Source of the DNA: Bacteroidota bacterium
Lineage (GTDB): Bacteria > Bacteroidota > Bacteroidia > UKL13-3
NCBI GenBank assembly: GCA_947464275.1
Contig: CANHVU010000013.1
Location: 22,219 to 86,218, forward strand
Length of the DNA: 64,000 nt
Direction: 5' to 3'
Position numbers and translations under genes: made by a program. Positions 11,001 to 18,496 of the stretch are shown here, piece by piece. Every line of letters begins with the position of its first letter. Positions within the stretch are counted from its first letter, which is position 1. The notes beneath the pieces are model-generated. The model saw nothing but the letters and a program-made list of their open reading frames with translations, was not told where the DNA came from and searched no databases.

Positions 11001-12675
11001 TATTTCTAGTATTAACGGGGCATCATATGCTTGGTCAGGTCCAAACGGATATTCATCTACAATTCAAAATCCTACAATAACTAATTTAACCAAATCAATG
11101 GCAGGTAATTATGCTGTGGTAATAAGTACTACTCAATGTGGTGTAATTAACAGTTATAGTACAGATGTAATAGTTAAACAAAAACCAATTATAAATTCAA
11201 TTACATCTAATAATATTATTTGTGCTGGCGATACTTTTCAAGCAATAATATCTAGTTCAAACACCAGTAATGGAGCAACATACAATTGGACAGGTGTAAA
11301 TAATTTTAGTGCATTTGGTAAAACAATTTTACTAAATAATGTAAATTCGAGTAATGAAGGACAGTATACAGTTACCGCAACTGATTCAGGCTGTACTTCG
11401 CTTCCTTTTAATTTAAACCTTACAGTAAAAGCAAAGCCATCATCTCCTACTATTTCTAATGTTCCACCAATTTGCGAAGGAGCAAAATTAGATTTATCAG
11501 CTTCTTTAATTTCTGGTGCTACCTATGTTTGGTCGGGCCCTAATAGTTTTTCTAGTTCAGTGCGAAATCCTAGTATTACAAGCACCACTAAAGCGGCTGA
11601 AGGAACCTACCGAGTATATAGCATAGTAAATGGATGCAAATCAGCTGAAGAAAGTACGGGAGTAATAATAAATAACAAACCCAGTACCCCAGTAATTACC
11701 AATGTGGCGAATGCATGTGTTGGTGAAAACGTTAACCTTAACACTACTTTTGTTCCAAATGCTAGTTATAGCTGGACAGGCCCAAATAGTTTTTCAGCTA
11801 ACACACAAAATATTAACTTAACCTCAGTAACAGTTAACAATTCAGGTACTTATAGCTGTCTTGTTACAGTTGCAAATTGTAGTAGTGATTTAGGAACAAG
11901 TAACCTCTCAGTTAATTCATTACCAGCAGCTCCAATATTATCTAGTTTTCCAGTAAACAAACTTTGTGCTGGAGATAGCCTACAATTATTCGCTTCATTT
12001 ATTGATTTGGCCACTTATTCTTGGACAGGTCCTGCTGGTTTTATAGCAAACACAAGAACTCCAGTAATTAAAAATACTAATTTAGCTTACTCAGGAGTAT
12101 ATAATGCAGTTGCTATTAAAAATAATTGCCAATCACTACCTAGCACTATTACCATTACAGTTAACCCAACGCCAAATACAGGTAACATTTCAGGATTAAC
12201 AAATGTTTCAAAGTTTGATACCACATCTTATTCTGTTAATGGTTTACAAGGATCTAGTTATGAGTGGACTGTTTCCAACAATGCAAATGTACTTTTAGGA
12301 GCAGGTACCAATAAAATTCAAGTTAAATGGTTAAATGTTGGTGTTGGTAATTTAAAAGTAGTTGAAACATCAAATCAAGGGTGTGTTGGTACCGAAAAAA
12401 CATTTAATGCAACTATTACCCCCGGTGTAGGAATAAGTGAAAGCAACCTATCTAATGATTTGTTAATTTACCCAAATCCAACCAATGATTTTATTAATAT
12501 ATCATTACCAAATCATAACATAAAACAAGTTGTTATTTACAATTTAATGGGTGGCGAAATTCTTCAAACCAACAAAACAAATATCAATATTTCTGAATTG
12601 GCTTATGGTATTTATTTTGTTAAGGTGATAGATAATAATGGTAATAGTTGTATCAAAAAAATAGTTAAGGACTAA
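8011..12675 (+). CDS. T9SS-secreted giant adhesin-like protein with 13 tandem Ig-like repeats and a type A Por C-terminal sorting domain
   Basis: 1554 aa with a signal peptide. Thirteen ~81 aa repeats each carry C..G..L…Y(S/T)W(T/S)GPNGF.S..QNP. The C-terminal LLIYPNPTNDFINI…GIYFVKV matches the T9SS CTD (TIGR04183). Confidence 0.85.
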   Translation: MRTKSTSLFLFVFCLNNLLFSQNSIQSHNRFIPVPSKVHTKSIGTSSLGKTATCATDTIEYPYFKTTGFNLIGINASTSAAAAYQWYPAMQSITVKGFNFFAFLSSTAGILSQSVTINIYNSTIDSLPTGTPLRSITMNIDSVTGNGSLLAIRKMAMFTSPITIPSGNGYVLSIENASANNVLVVCNNWNTFDGAAEWCSSLKIGTSNLRSYNVNVGGVTFDADFLMHPIVNYSITSSFTTNPTCFTIGNQVNFTNTSSAINFSRFYNFRKFAGIIESSFNWDFGNSTGGSAVDTSVTYGSSGPFNVKLTDTLEGYYKYCVDVSNTTLNSVPNAPTAGGGGSYCQGSTINLTCVTVPGAAYTWAGPNGFSSTSQNPVRTGASTLMAGTYNVTVTVNGCTSLSSSVTVSIVQQPVATNNSPVCYGESVVLSSNLISGASYSWTGPNGFSSNLQNAIIANLAIVDTGLYTLSVSLAGCSFNPTTTRVTGIALPQSPTVSNTINTCVGSNVNLTAGGTYTSPSYTWSGPNNYFSNSQNPSFAATSTSQSGTYSVRVSSGSCASNPSNIVVNISNVPTAPTVSNNGALCEGQTLVLNASLVSGATYNWTGPNGFTSTLQNPTINNSTSLTAGNYTAFVVVGSCSSAVATTSVSVIPQPIASNNSPVCFGQAVNLSVSSINNATYSWTGPNGFSSTSQNPTRTGILPADTGIYTVTVSTTSCSFNPSTTRVSGKALPPNPTVGNSINVCLGNTINLSASGTYTSPIYSWTGPNGFTSNSQNPSFTGNSINNSGTYNVTATSNGCTSNPSSISVIVNPIPSTPTVSNNGALCAGQTLSLSASLVPNATYTWSGPNNFVSAIQNPSVANVSITDAGIYSVFVTVNGCNSVAGNTTVVISASAPSPVASSNSPVCLGQSLNLFATNVSGANYSWTGPNGFTSSLQNPIIPNVTNLSSGTYSVTATTSTCGTSPSANVTVNVISLPITPIASNNGPSCEGSSCTLNISSINGASYAWSGPNGYSSTIQNPTITNLTKSMAGNYAVVISTTQCGVINSYSTDVIVKQKPIINSITSNNIICAGDTFQAIISSSNTSNGATYNWTGVNNFSAFGKTILLNNVNSSNEGQYTVTATDSGCTSLPFNLNLTVKAKPSSPTISNVPPICEGAKLDLSASLISGATYVWSGPNSFSSSVRNPSITSTTKAAEGTYRVYSIVNGCKSAEESTGVIINNKPSTPVITNVANACVGENVNLNTTFVPNASYSWTGPNSFSANTQNINLTSVTVNNSGTYSCLVTVANCSSDLGTSNLSVNSLPAAPILSSFPVNKLCAGDSLQLFASFIDLATYSWTGPAGFIANTRTPVIKNTNLAYSGVYNAVAIKNNCQSLPSTITITVNPTPNTGNISGLTNVSKFDTTSYSVNGLQGSSYEWTVSNNANVLLGAGTNKIQVKWLNVGVGNLKVVETSNQGCVGTEKTFNATITPGVGISESNLSNDLLIYPNPTNDFINISLPNHNIKQVVIYNLMGGEILQTNKTNINISELAYGIYFVKVIDNNGNSCIKKIVKD
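8990..12180 (+). repeat. Tandem array of ~13 diverged ~243 bp coding repeats inside the adhesin gene
   Basis: The W(T/S)GPN(G/N)F codon block recurs with a ~240-246 nt period at about 9100, 9340, 9580, 9820, 10060, 10300, 10545, 10790, 11030, 11285, 11530, 11775 and 12020. Confidence 0.8.
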
Positions 12676-12705
12676 TCGTTCTCAATAAAAGCAATTGAAT
12701 AAAAA

Positions 12706-12740
12706 CTGCACCTAAATGATTATTTAGGTGCAGTTTTTAT
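12706..12740 (+). terminator. Rho-independent terminator after the adhesin gene
   Basis: ctgcacctaaat-gatt-atttaggtgcag forms a 12 bp perfect stem followed by a TTTTTATTTATT run. Confidence 0.7.
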
Positions 12741-12854
12741 TTATTAATTTAGGTATACCTTTATCATATTTTTAAAAAGCTCAGATCAAATAACTGAATA
12801 AAAATGTCTTAGTCAAAAATTAATTTGGAATTTTAGTTTCAATTAATATCTTCG

Positions 12855-12870
12855 CCTAACAATTGTTAGG
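12855..12870. promoter_or_regulatory. 16 bp perfect palindrome CCTAACAATTGTTAGG immediately upstream of the TetR start codon (candidate autoregulatory operator)
   Basis: The sequence is its own reverse complement and ends 2 nt before the ATG at 12873. TetR-family repressors bind dyad-symmetric operators. Confidence 0.45.
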
Positions 12871-12872
12871 TT

Positions 12873-13475
12873 ATGGCTGATTCATTGAACATCAATAGAA
12901 AAGAACAAATAATAGATGCAGCTGCATTATTATTTAAACAAAAAGGTTATGCAAGCACTACCATGCGCGACTTAGCAACGGAGCTAGGCATAGAAGCTGC
13001 TAGTATTTATCACCACATCAAATCAAAAGAAGAACTTTTAGAAGGCATTTGTTTCGACATGGCCAACAAATTTATTTCTAATGCAAAAGAGGTGAACGAC
13101 ATTTACTTTAACGCTGAAGAAAAATTACGTTTAGCCATTAAATTACACGTGGAAACCATAACTGAAAACCAAAATCAATCCGCAGTATTTTTAAGTGAGT
13201 GGCGTAATTTAAGCGAACCAAAACTTACCTTATTTAAGCAATTGCGCCAGCAATACGAAAACCAATTTACCATTATATTAATGGATGGCGAAAACGAAGA
13301 TATTTTTGATCAAGTAGATAAAAAATTTGCAGTATTAAGCATTTTATCGACTATTAATTTTGTAAACGAATGGTACAAACCAGATGGCAAAATGAATGCA
13401 GCTGAAATAGCCGAAAAACTAAGTAATTTTATAATGGGAGGTTTAAGAAAACGTTTGGTAACGGATGTTTTATAG
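12873..13475 (+). CDS. TetR/AcrR family transcriptional regulator (likely paa regulator)
   Basis: 200 aa with an N-terminal HTH (TMRDLATELGIEAASIYHHIKSKEELL). It lies directly upstream of paaA. Confidence 0.85.
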   Translation: MADSLNINRKEQIIDAAALLFKQKGYASTTMRDLATELGIEAASIYHHIKSKEELLEGICFDMANKFISNAKEVNDIYFNAEEKLRLAIKLHVETITENQNQSAVFLSEWRNLSEPKLTLFKQLRQQYENQFTIILMDGENEDIFDQVDKKFAVLSILSTINFVNEWYKPDGKMNAAEIAEKLSNFIMGGLRKRLVTDVL

Positions 13476-13529
13476 GCCATAGCAAATAGACCATGGTCCA
13501 ATAACTAATAACAAAAAACTAAAATATAT

Positions 13530-14519
13530 ATGTACGGAAATGCTTACATCGATCCTAATGAAAAAGCCAACGCAATGCTTGCAGGCGAGGATCCAATTAA
13601 ATTAGCTGAATTTGAAGCACGCATAGCACGTGGCGAAAAAATTGAACCAAAAGATTGGATGCCTAAAGAGTATAGGAAACAGTTGATCAGAATGATTGAA
13701 CAACATGGTCATTCAGAAATTATTGGTGCTTTGCCTGAAGGTACTTGGATTACCCGTGCACCTGGTTTTAAACGTAAATTAGCTTTAATGGCTAAAGTAC
13801 AAGACGAAGTTGGTCACGCACAATTACTTTATAGTGCTGCCGAAACTTTAGGTAAAAGCCGCGAAGACATGATTAATGATTTGATTACTGGCAAATCAAA
13901 ATACTCAAATGTATTTAATTATCCTGCATACACTTGGGCAGATGCTTGTATTATAGCATGGTTAATTGATGCTGGTGCAATTATTAACCAAGTAGCAAAT
14001 GCTAAAGGCAGTTATGGCCCTTATTGTAGAGCATTGGACAGAATTTGTACGGAAGAAAGTTTCCATTTAAAATATGGTCACGATAATGTGGTAACATTAG
14101 CTACAGGCACGCCAATTCAACGCAAAATGGTTCAAGAAGCATTAACCCGTTGGTGGCCACCAATTATGCATTTTTTTGGTCCAAGCGATAAAATATCGAG
14201 CCATACCGAAATTCTAATGCGTTGGAAAGTAAAAATGGCAAGTAACGATGATATGCGCCAACAATTCTTAAACATGTACGTTCCAAAAATTTGGGATTTA
14301 GGTTTAGTAATTCCAGATGCTAACTTGAAGAAAAACGAAGAAACAGGCAAATGGGATTATACCGAACCAGATTGGGATGAATTTAAACGTGTAATTAATG
14401 GTGGTGGACCTTGCAATGCAGAGCGTTTAGCAGTGCGCAGAATGGCTGAAGAAAAAGGCCGTTGGGTACGTGCAGCCTTGTTAAGAAAAGACGAAAAATA
14501 CGTTACACCGCTTGCATAG
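13530..14519 (+). CDS. paaA: 1,2-phenylacetyl-CoA epoxidase catalytic subunit A
   Basis: 329 aa with the length and sequence character of PaaA ferritin-like di-iron oxygenases. It is followed by paaB, paaC and paaD in the canonical order. Confidence 0.85.
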   Translation: MYGNAYIDPNEKANAMLAGEDPIKLAEFEARIARGEKIEPKDWMPKEYRKQLIRMIEQHGHSEIIGALPEGTWITRAPGFKRKLALMAKVQDEVGHAQLLYSAAETLGKSREDMINDLITGKSKYSNVFNYPAYTWADACIIAWLIDAGAIINQVANAKGSYGPYCRALDRICTEESFHLKYGHDNVVTLATGTPIQRKMVQEALTRWWPPIMHFFGPSDKISSHTEILMRWKVKMASNDDMRQQFLNMYVPKIWDLGLVIPDANLKKNEETGKWDYTEPDWDEFKRVINGGGPCNAERLAVRRMAEEKGRWVRAALLRKDEKYVTPLA

Positions 14520-14526
14520 GTAATTA

Positions 14527-14955
14527 TAAGATTACAAAATTAAGAAAATTAAAAGACTAGAAATTGATTCATGAAAATTGAACGGTTTGAGGATTTGGAA
14601 AAAGTCAGTTGAACTTTATGTTGATATTTTTGTAGTAATCGAAAACAGTGGTTTAAAAAACGACTTTTCTGCAAAAGATCAATTGAAAAGGGTAACATTA
14701 TCAATATCTAATAACATTGCCGAAGGATTTGAATACGAAAATAATCTTCAATTTGTTAGGTTTCTTAGGTATTCAAAAGGTTCGGCTGGAGAAATTAGAA
14801 ACATGGTTACAGTTTTTTTCATGACCGGTCAAATTAGTAAAGAACAACATGATAAATTAATTGAAAAAATTGTTGAAATATCGAAAAGCATAAAAGGTTT
14901 TATGAAATACTTAAGTAACACGAAAAAACAATAATCTTAAAATTTTGTAATCTTA
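14527..14955. repeat. ~19 bp imperfect inverted repeats (TAAGATTACAAAATTAAG and its reverse complement) bracketing the four-helix-bundle gene
   Basis: The left arm is 14527-14544. The right arm is 14936-14955 (cttaaaattttgtaatctta). Its reverse complement differs from the left arm by one inserted T. Confidence 0.55.
14578..14934 (+). CDS. Four-helix-bundle protein (TIGR02436; 23S rRNA intervening-sequence protein family) inserted between paaA and paaB
   Basis: 118 aa. The motifs LSISNNIAEGFEYENNLQFVRFLRYSKGSAGEIRNMV are characteristic of this family, which is highly expanded in Bacteroidetes. The predicted start codon is TTG. Confidence 0.7.
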   Translation: MNGLRIWKKSVELYVDIFVVIENSGLKNDFSAKDQLKRVTLSISNNIAEGFEYENNLQFVRFLRYSKGSAGEIRNMVTVFFMTGQISKEQHDKLIEKIVEISKSIKGFMKYLSNTKKQ

Positions 14956-14975
14956 AAATTTTAAAAATTAAAAAA

Positions 14976-15347
14976 ATGATAAACTCACTCGATCCTCGTA
15001 TAGCACGAGAGCAAATAAATGAAGATAATACCATTGCTCCATTAACCGAAATGGATCAATTTGAAACATACGAAGTGTTTCATCAAAAAAAACGTGGTGA
15101 CCAACATGTACACGTAGGTATAGTGCATGCACCAAATGCTGAAATGGCATTGCTTTTTGGAAAAGAACAGTTTGGCCGCAGAGGTTTAAGTGTAAATATT
15201 TGGGTAGTTAAAACCAGCAATGTTTTTGCATCGGATTACGATGATGCTGACATTTTTGAAACAGTACCTGAAAAACAGTACCGCGAAGCAGGTGGCTATA
15301 AAGTAATGGACAAAATTAACAAGTACAAAAAGGAAAATAAAGTTTAA
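14976..15347 (+). CDS. paaB: 1,2-phenylacetyl-CoA epoxidase subunit B
   Basis: The PaaB core (YEVFHQKKRGDQHVHVGIVHAPNAEMALLFGKEQFGRRGLSVNIWVV) is present. The true start may be the internal ATG at 15051, which would give a ~98 aa product. Confidence 0.8.
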   Translation: MINSLDPRIAREQINEDNTIAPLTEMDQFETYEVFHQKKRGDQHVHVGIVHAPNAEMALLFGKEQFGRRGLSVNIWVVKTSNVFASDYDDADIFETVPEKQYREAGGYKVMDKINKYKKENKV

Positions 15348-15356
15348 TAATTGAAA

Positions 15357-15449
15357 ATTACAAGGTTAAAAGATTACAAAATTGAATATGTTATTGATAA
15401 AAACTAAACAATTTAGCTTTTAATTTTTCAATCTTTTTAACCTTGTAAT
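15357..15449. repeat. Inverted-repeat element in the paaB-paaC spacer (~19 bp arms, ~55 nt loop)
   Basis: Left arm ATTACAAGGTTAAAAGATT at 15357-15375 pairs with right arm AATCTTTTTAACCTTGTAAT at 15430-15449. Both share the AAGATTACAA core. Confidence 0.55.
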
Positions 15450-15459
15450 AAAAAAGCAT

Positions 15460-16209
15460 ATGGAACACATCAAAGAATTATTATATAAAATGGCCGATGA
15501 CTTGTTAGTTATTGGACATAGAAACAGCGAGTGGACGGGCTTAGGACCAATATTGGAAGAAGATATTGCATTTTCATCTATGGCTCAAGATAAAATTGGC
15601 CACTCGCAAGCTTTGTTTCAAATATTACACGAACTTGGCGAACCAGAACCTGATACAAACGCATTTATGCGCGAAGCAAAACAGTTTCACAACGCACAGT
15701 TTTTAGAGTTACAAAACGATGATTACGATTTTTCAACTATCCGTCACTTTTTGTTTGACCACGCTGACCAATTACGTTTTGACAATTTAGCAAATAGCAG
15801 TTACGAACCTTTGGCAAAAGTAGCTCGTAAAATAAAAGGTGAGTTAAAGTACCATGTTTTTCATGCTGATATTTGGTTAAACAAATTAGGAAATGGAAAT
15901 GAAGAAAGTCATGCACGAATGCAAACTGCCCTAAATAATGCTTGGAACTACGCTTTAGGCATGTTTGAAAAAGGCGATTACGAAGCTCAATTAATTGCTG
16001 ACAATACATTTGAAGGTGAACAATCGTTACAAAACAGATGGTTAGCGGTAATTACTCCAATCATTGAAAAAGCCAACTTAAAAATTCCTGCGGAAAAAGA
16101 TTGGGAACCAGTTTTAGGCGGTAGAAAAGGTTATCATACCGAAAACTTAGATCAATTGGTAAATGAAATGAGCGAGGTTTTTAGAATAGAACCCGGAGCT
16201 GAATGGTAG
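15460..16209 (+). CDS. paaC: 1,2-phenylacetyl-CoA epoxidase structural subunit C
   Basis: 249 aa ferritin-like PaaC/PaaI-type protein, positioned between paaB and paaD. Confidence 0.8.
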   Translation: MEHIKELLYKMADDLLVIGHRNSEWTGLGPILEEDIAFSSMAQDKIGHSQALFQILHELGEPEPDTNAFMREAKQFHNAQFLELQNDDYDFSTIRHFLFDHADQLRFDNLANSSYEPLAKVARKIKGELKYHVFHADIWLNKLGNGNEESHARMQTALNNAWNYALGMFEKGDYEAQLIADNTFEGEQSLQNRWLAVITPIIEKANLKIPAEKDWEPVLGGRKGYHTENLDQLVNEMSEVFRIEPGAEW

Positions 16210-16226
16210 TTAATTGAAAGAATATA

Positions 16227-16306
16227 AAGATTGCAAGGTTTAAAAGATTAGTAAAAATACAAAGCAATACTTAATTAACCTTGTAATCTTTCAACTTTGC
16301 AATCTT
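16227..16306. repeat. Inverted-repeat element in the paaC-paaD spacer
   Basis: AAAGATTGCAAGGTTTAAAAGATTA at 16227-16250 pairs with TTAACCTTGTAATCTTTCAACTTTGCAATCTTT at 16276-16306. The reverse complement is AAAGATTGCAAAGTTGAAAGATTACAAGGTTAA. It has the same core as the other paa spacers. Confidence 0.55.
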
Positions 16307-16339
16307 TCCAACACTATAATTTTTTAATTAAAAGCAAAA

Positions 16340-16825
16340 ATGATTACCGAAAAAGAAATTTGGTCAGCACTTGAAATAGTAAAAGACCCAGAAATTCCAA
16401 CATTAAGTATGGTAGATATGGGCATCATTACCAAAGTAGAAGTAAGAGGCGAAAGCAATGTATATGTTGAAATGACTCCAACTTTTACTGGTTGCCCTGC
16501 AATAAAAATGATGGAAAATATGGTAGCAGATAGGCTTAAAGAAATTGGCATTGAAACCATTCAAGTTACCACCACTTTTGATAAACCTTGGAATAGCAAT
16601 AAGCTGACTGAGCGCGGTTTGATGTGTTTAAAAAAACATGGCCTTGCTCCTCCTCCAAAACACGAAGGCGAAATAACCATGGAATTATTGGAACATAGTA
16701 TTTGCCCGCATTGCGGTAGTAAAAATACAGATATGAAAACTCCTTTCGGGCCCACACTTTGCCGCAGCATGCATTACTGCAATGATTGCCTACAAGCATT
16801 TGAACAATTTAAGCCAGTGGTTTAA
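16340..16825 (+). CDS. paaD: Phenylacetate-CoA oxygenase subunit PaaD/PaaJ (DUF59 Fe-S assembly domain plus C-terminal zinc ribbon)
   Basis: DUF59 motif EIWSALEIVKDPEIPTLSMVDMGII and C-terminal CPHCGS…YCNDC. It follows paaC. Confidence 0.8.
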   Translation: MITEKEIWSALEIVKDPEIPTLSMVDMGIITKVEVRGESNVYVEMTPTFTGCPAIKMMENMVADRLKEIGIETIQVTTTFDKPWNSNKLTERGLMCLKKHGLAPPPKHEGEITMELLEHSICPHCGSKNTDMKTPFGPTLCRSMHYCNDCLQAFEQFKPVV

Positions 16826-17898
16826 GGACTTACCAAATGGATTCCTACATTAAAATACAAGGGATTGGTTAAATGATTTTCTATGTAATAAGCATCTTTA
16901 TTACCAAGTAATCTTACATTATCTCCTTTATCAATGTTAAAATTGTAGTTAATTCTATAACCAGCTTGAACACTTAACCATATAAAACCGGTAAGTAATT
17001 TTTCGTAAGTTACCCTAGCACGTATTTCGCTTCGTCTTAATTCTAAATCATTGTAAGGCGAGGCAGTTTGTCCATTGGTATTTAAAATTGAATAACTATT
17101 ACCTTCTAATTCATACCCAACTAATAATAAGTTTCTTGCATTGAATGAGCGCCTAACTGCTAACCTAGCAGGAAATAAAGCTTCAATACCCCATTTTCTA
17201 TTCACAAAAGTATGATTGAATAAGATTAATGGAATATAACCTAAAGCACCAGGTCTGTAAGTTCTGCTTGCTCCAAATGCAATCATTGACCTATCGTTTC
17301 GTTTTATACCATATAATGCAGCAATTGTAATTTTGGGTTTCACCAATTGATCCATTAAATTACTACTACCAAAATTATAATTTCCATTAGCATCGGCAGA
17401 ACCAAAGGCCAAAATAAAATGCTTTTCGTTTAATGGCTTAAATACAGTAGTATTGAATCCGGTAGAACTCAAACCATTGTTGGTTAAATTCCTAATTACA
17501 TAATTATTTGAAGTGGAACTGTTAGTAAAATATTCATTTTGTAAATAGCTTACACCCAAGTTTACCAATAATTTAGTATTTGAAATAATTGGGAAATTAG
17601 CTGCTAACCTAAGTCCACCTGAGCCACTTAAATCAGCTGTACCATGTTTTATATCGCCACCAGTAGCATAGTCATCATGGCTTTCCATATTATGTGCCAT
17701 TTGGTAATCATAGCCAATACTAATTAGTTTATTAGGACTTAAACCCAAAACCTTTGAGGTACAATACGTTTTTATGTTGGCAGCCGGAGTAGCATTTTCA
17801 TACAAACTAAAATCTATCTCCTCCTCAACTAAACTGTCTTTTTGAGCATTAGCAATTGAAAATGAAAATAATAAGGTAATAAGTAAAATGTGTTTCAT
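16822..17898 (-). CDS. Hypothetical outer-membrane beta-barrel protein (signal peptide, C-terminal aromatic residue)
   Basis: I place the start at ATG 17898 (MKHILLITLLFSFSIANAQ is a signal peptide) rather than the ORF-track start. The protein shows amphipathic beta-strand-like Y/G/N-rich composition. It is convergent with paaD and overlaps it by 4 bp. Confidence 0.55.
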   Translation of the reverse strand: MKHILLITLLFSFSIANAQKDSLVEEEIDFSLYENATPAANIKTYCTSKVLGLSPNKLISIGYDYQMAHNMESHDDYATGGDIKHGTADLSGSGGLRLAANFPIISNTKLLVNLGVSYLQNEYFTNSSTSNNYVIRNLTNNGLSSTGFNTTVFKPLNEKHFILAFGSADANGNYNFGSSNLMDQLVKPKITIAALYGIKRNDRSMIAFGASRTYRPGALGYIPLILFNHTFVNRKWGIEALFPARLAVRRSFNARNLLLVGYELEGNSYSILNTNGQTASPYNDLELRRSEIRARVTYEKLLTGFIWLSVQAGYRINYNFNIDKGDNVRLLGNKDAYYIENHLTNPLYFNVGIHLVSP

Positions 17899-17983
17899 AT
17901 AAATATTTTCAATGTATAACAACAAAAATATGTAATTGTTTAATGATTTAAAAAATTTAAAATTGCAATGTTTAATAAAAATT

Positions 17984-18400
17984 ATGGAAACCGAAAACTT
18001 TGCACAAAAAGCCAAAAGAGTAGCAGTAAGCACTACCAAAAAGGTACTTTTAATTTTAACTATTTTACTAATAGGTATATTTGCTTTTTTCTATTGGGGA
18101 AAATACGAAAGTGGTATTATGGCAGGCAAAGTTTTACGTATCAGCCAAAAAGGGTTTATTTTTAAAACTTACGAAGGCAAACTAAATTTAGAAACTTTTG
18201 GCGCATTAAAAGGCACTAGCCCAATTGCGGAATCATTCGATTTTTCAGTAGAAGGCAGCGATACAGCAGTAATTAACCAATTGGAACAAGTTTCGTTAAC
18301 TGGAGAAAGAGTTAATTTATATTTTATAAAACGGTATATGACTTTTCCTTGGCGTGGCGAATCAAAATACTTTGTTACCCAAGTAGAAAGATCGAAATAA
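17984..18400 (+). CDS. Hypothetical membrane-anchored protein
   Basis: The ORF is open from TTG 17936. I prefer ATG 17984 (METENFAQKAK…). There is a single N-terminal TM helix (LLILTILLIGIFAFFYW). Confidence 0.4.
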   Translation: METENFAQKAKRVAVSTTKKVLLILTILLIGIFAFFYWGKYESGIMAGKVLRISQKGFIFKTYEGKLNLETFGALKGTSPIAESFDFSVEGSDTAVINQLEQVSLTGERVNLYFIKRYMTFPWRGESKYFVTQVERSK

Positions 18401-18496
18401 ATAGAACTTAGCATTTATTCATACCTTTTTCATACTTTATAATTCAAAATTCCACATCCATAATCCATAATTTGAGTATTTTCTTATCTTGCAGCC

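Noticed and set aside
14578-14934. Reading the ORF between paaA and paaB as a paa pathway gene (e.g. paaI thioesterase)
   Set aside because: The sequence lacks a hotdog-fold thioesterase signature and instead matches the four-helix-bundle (TIGR02436) family motifs.
16561-16799. Two ~70 aa - strand ORFs inside paaD
   Set aside because: They are antisense to the conserved DUF59/zinc-ribbon PaaD frame.
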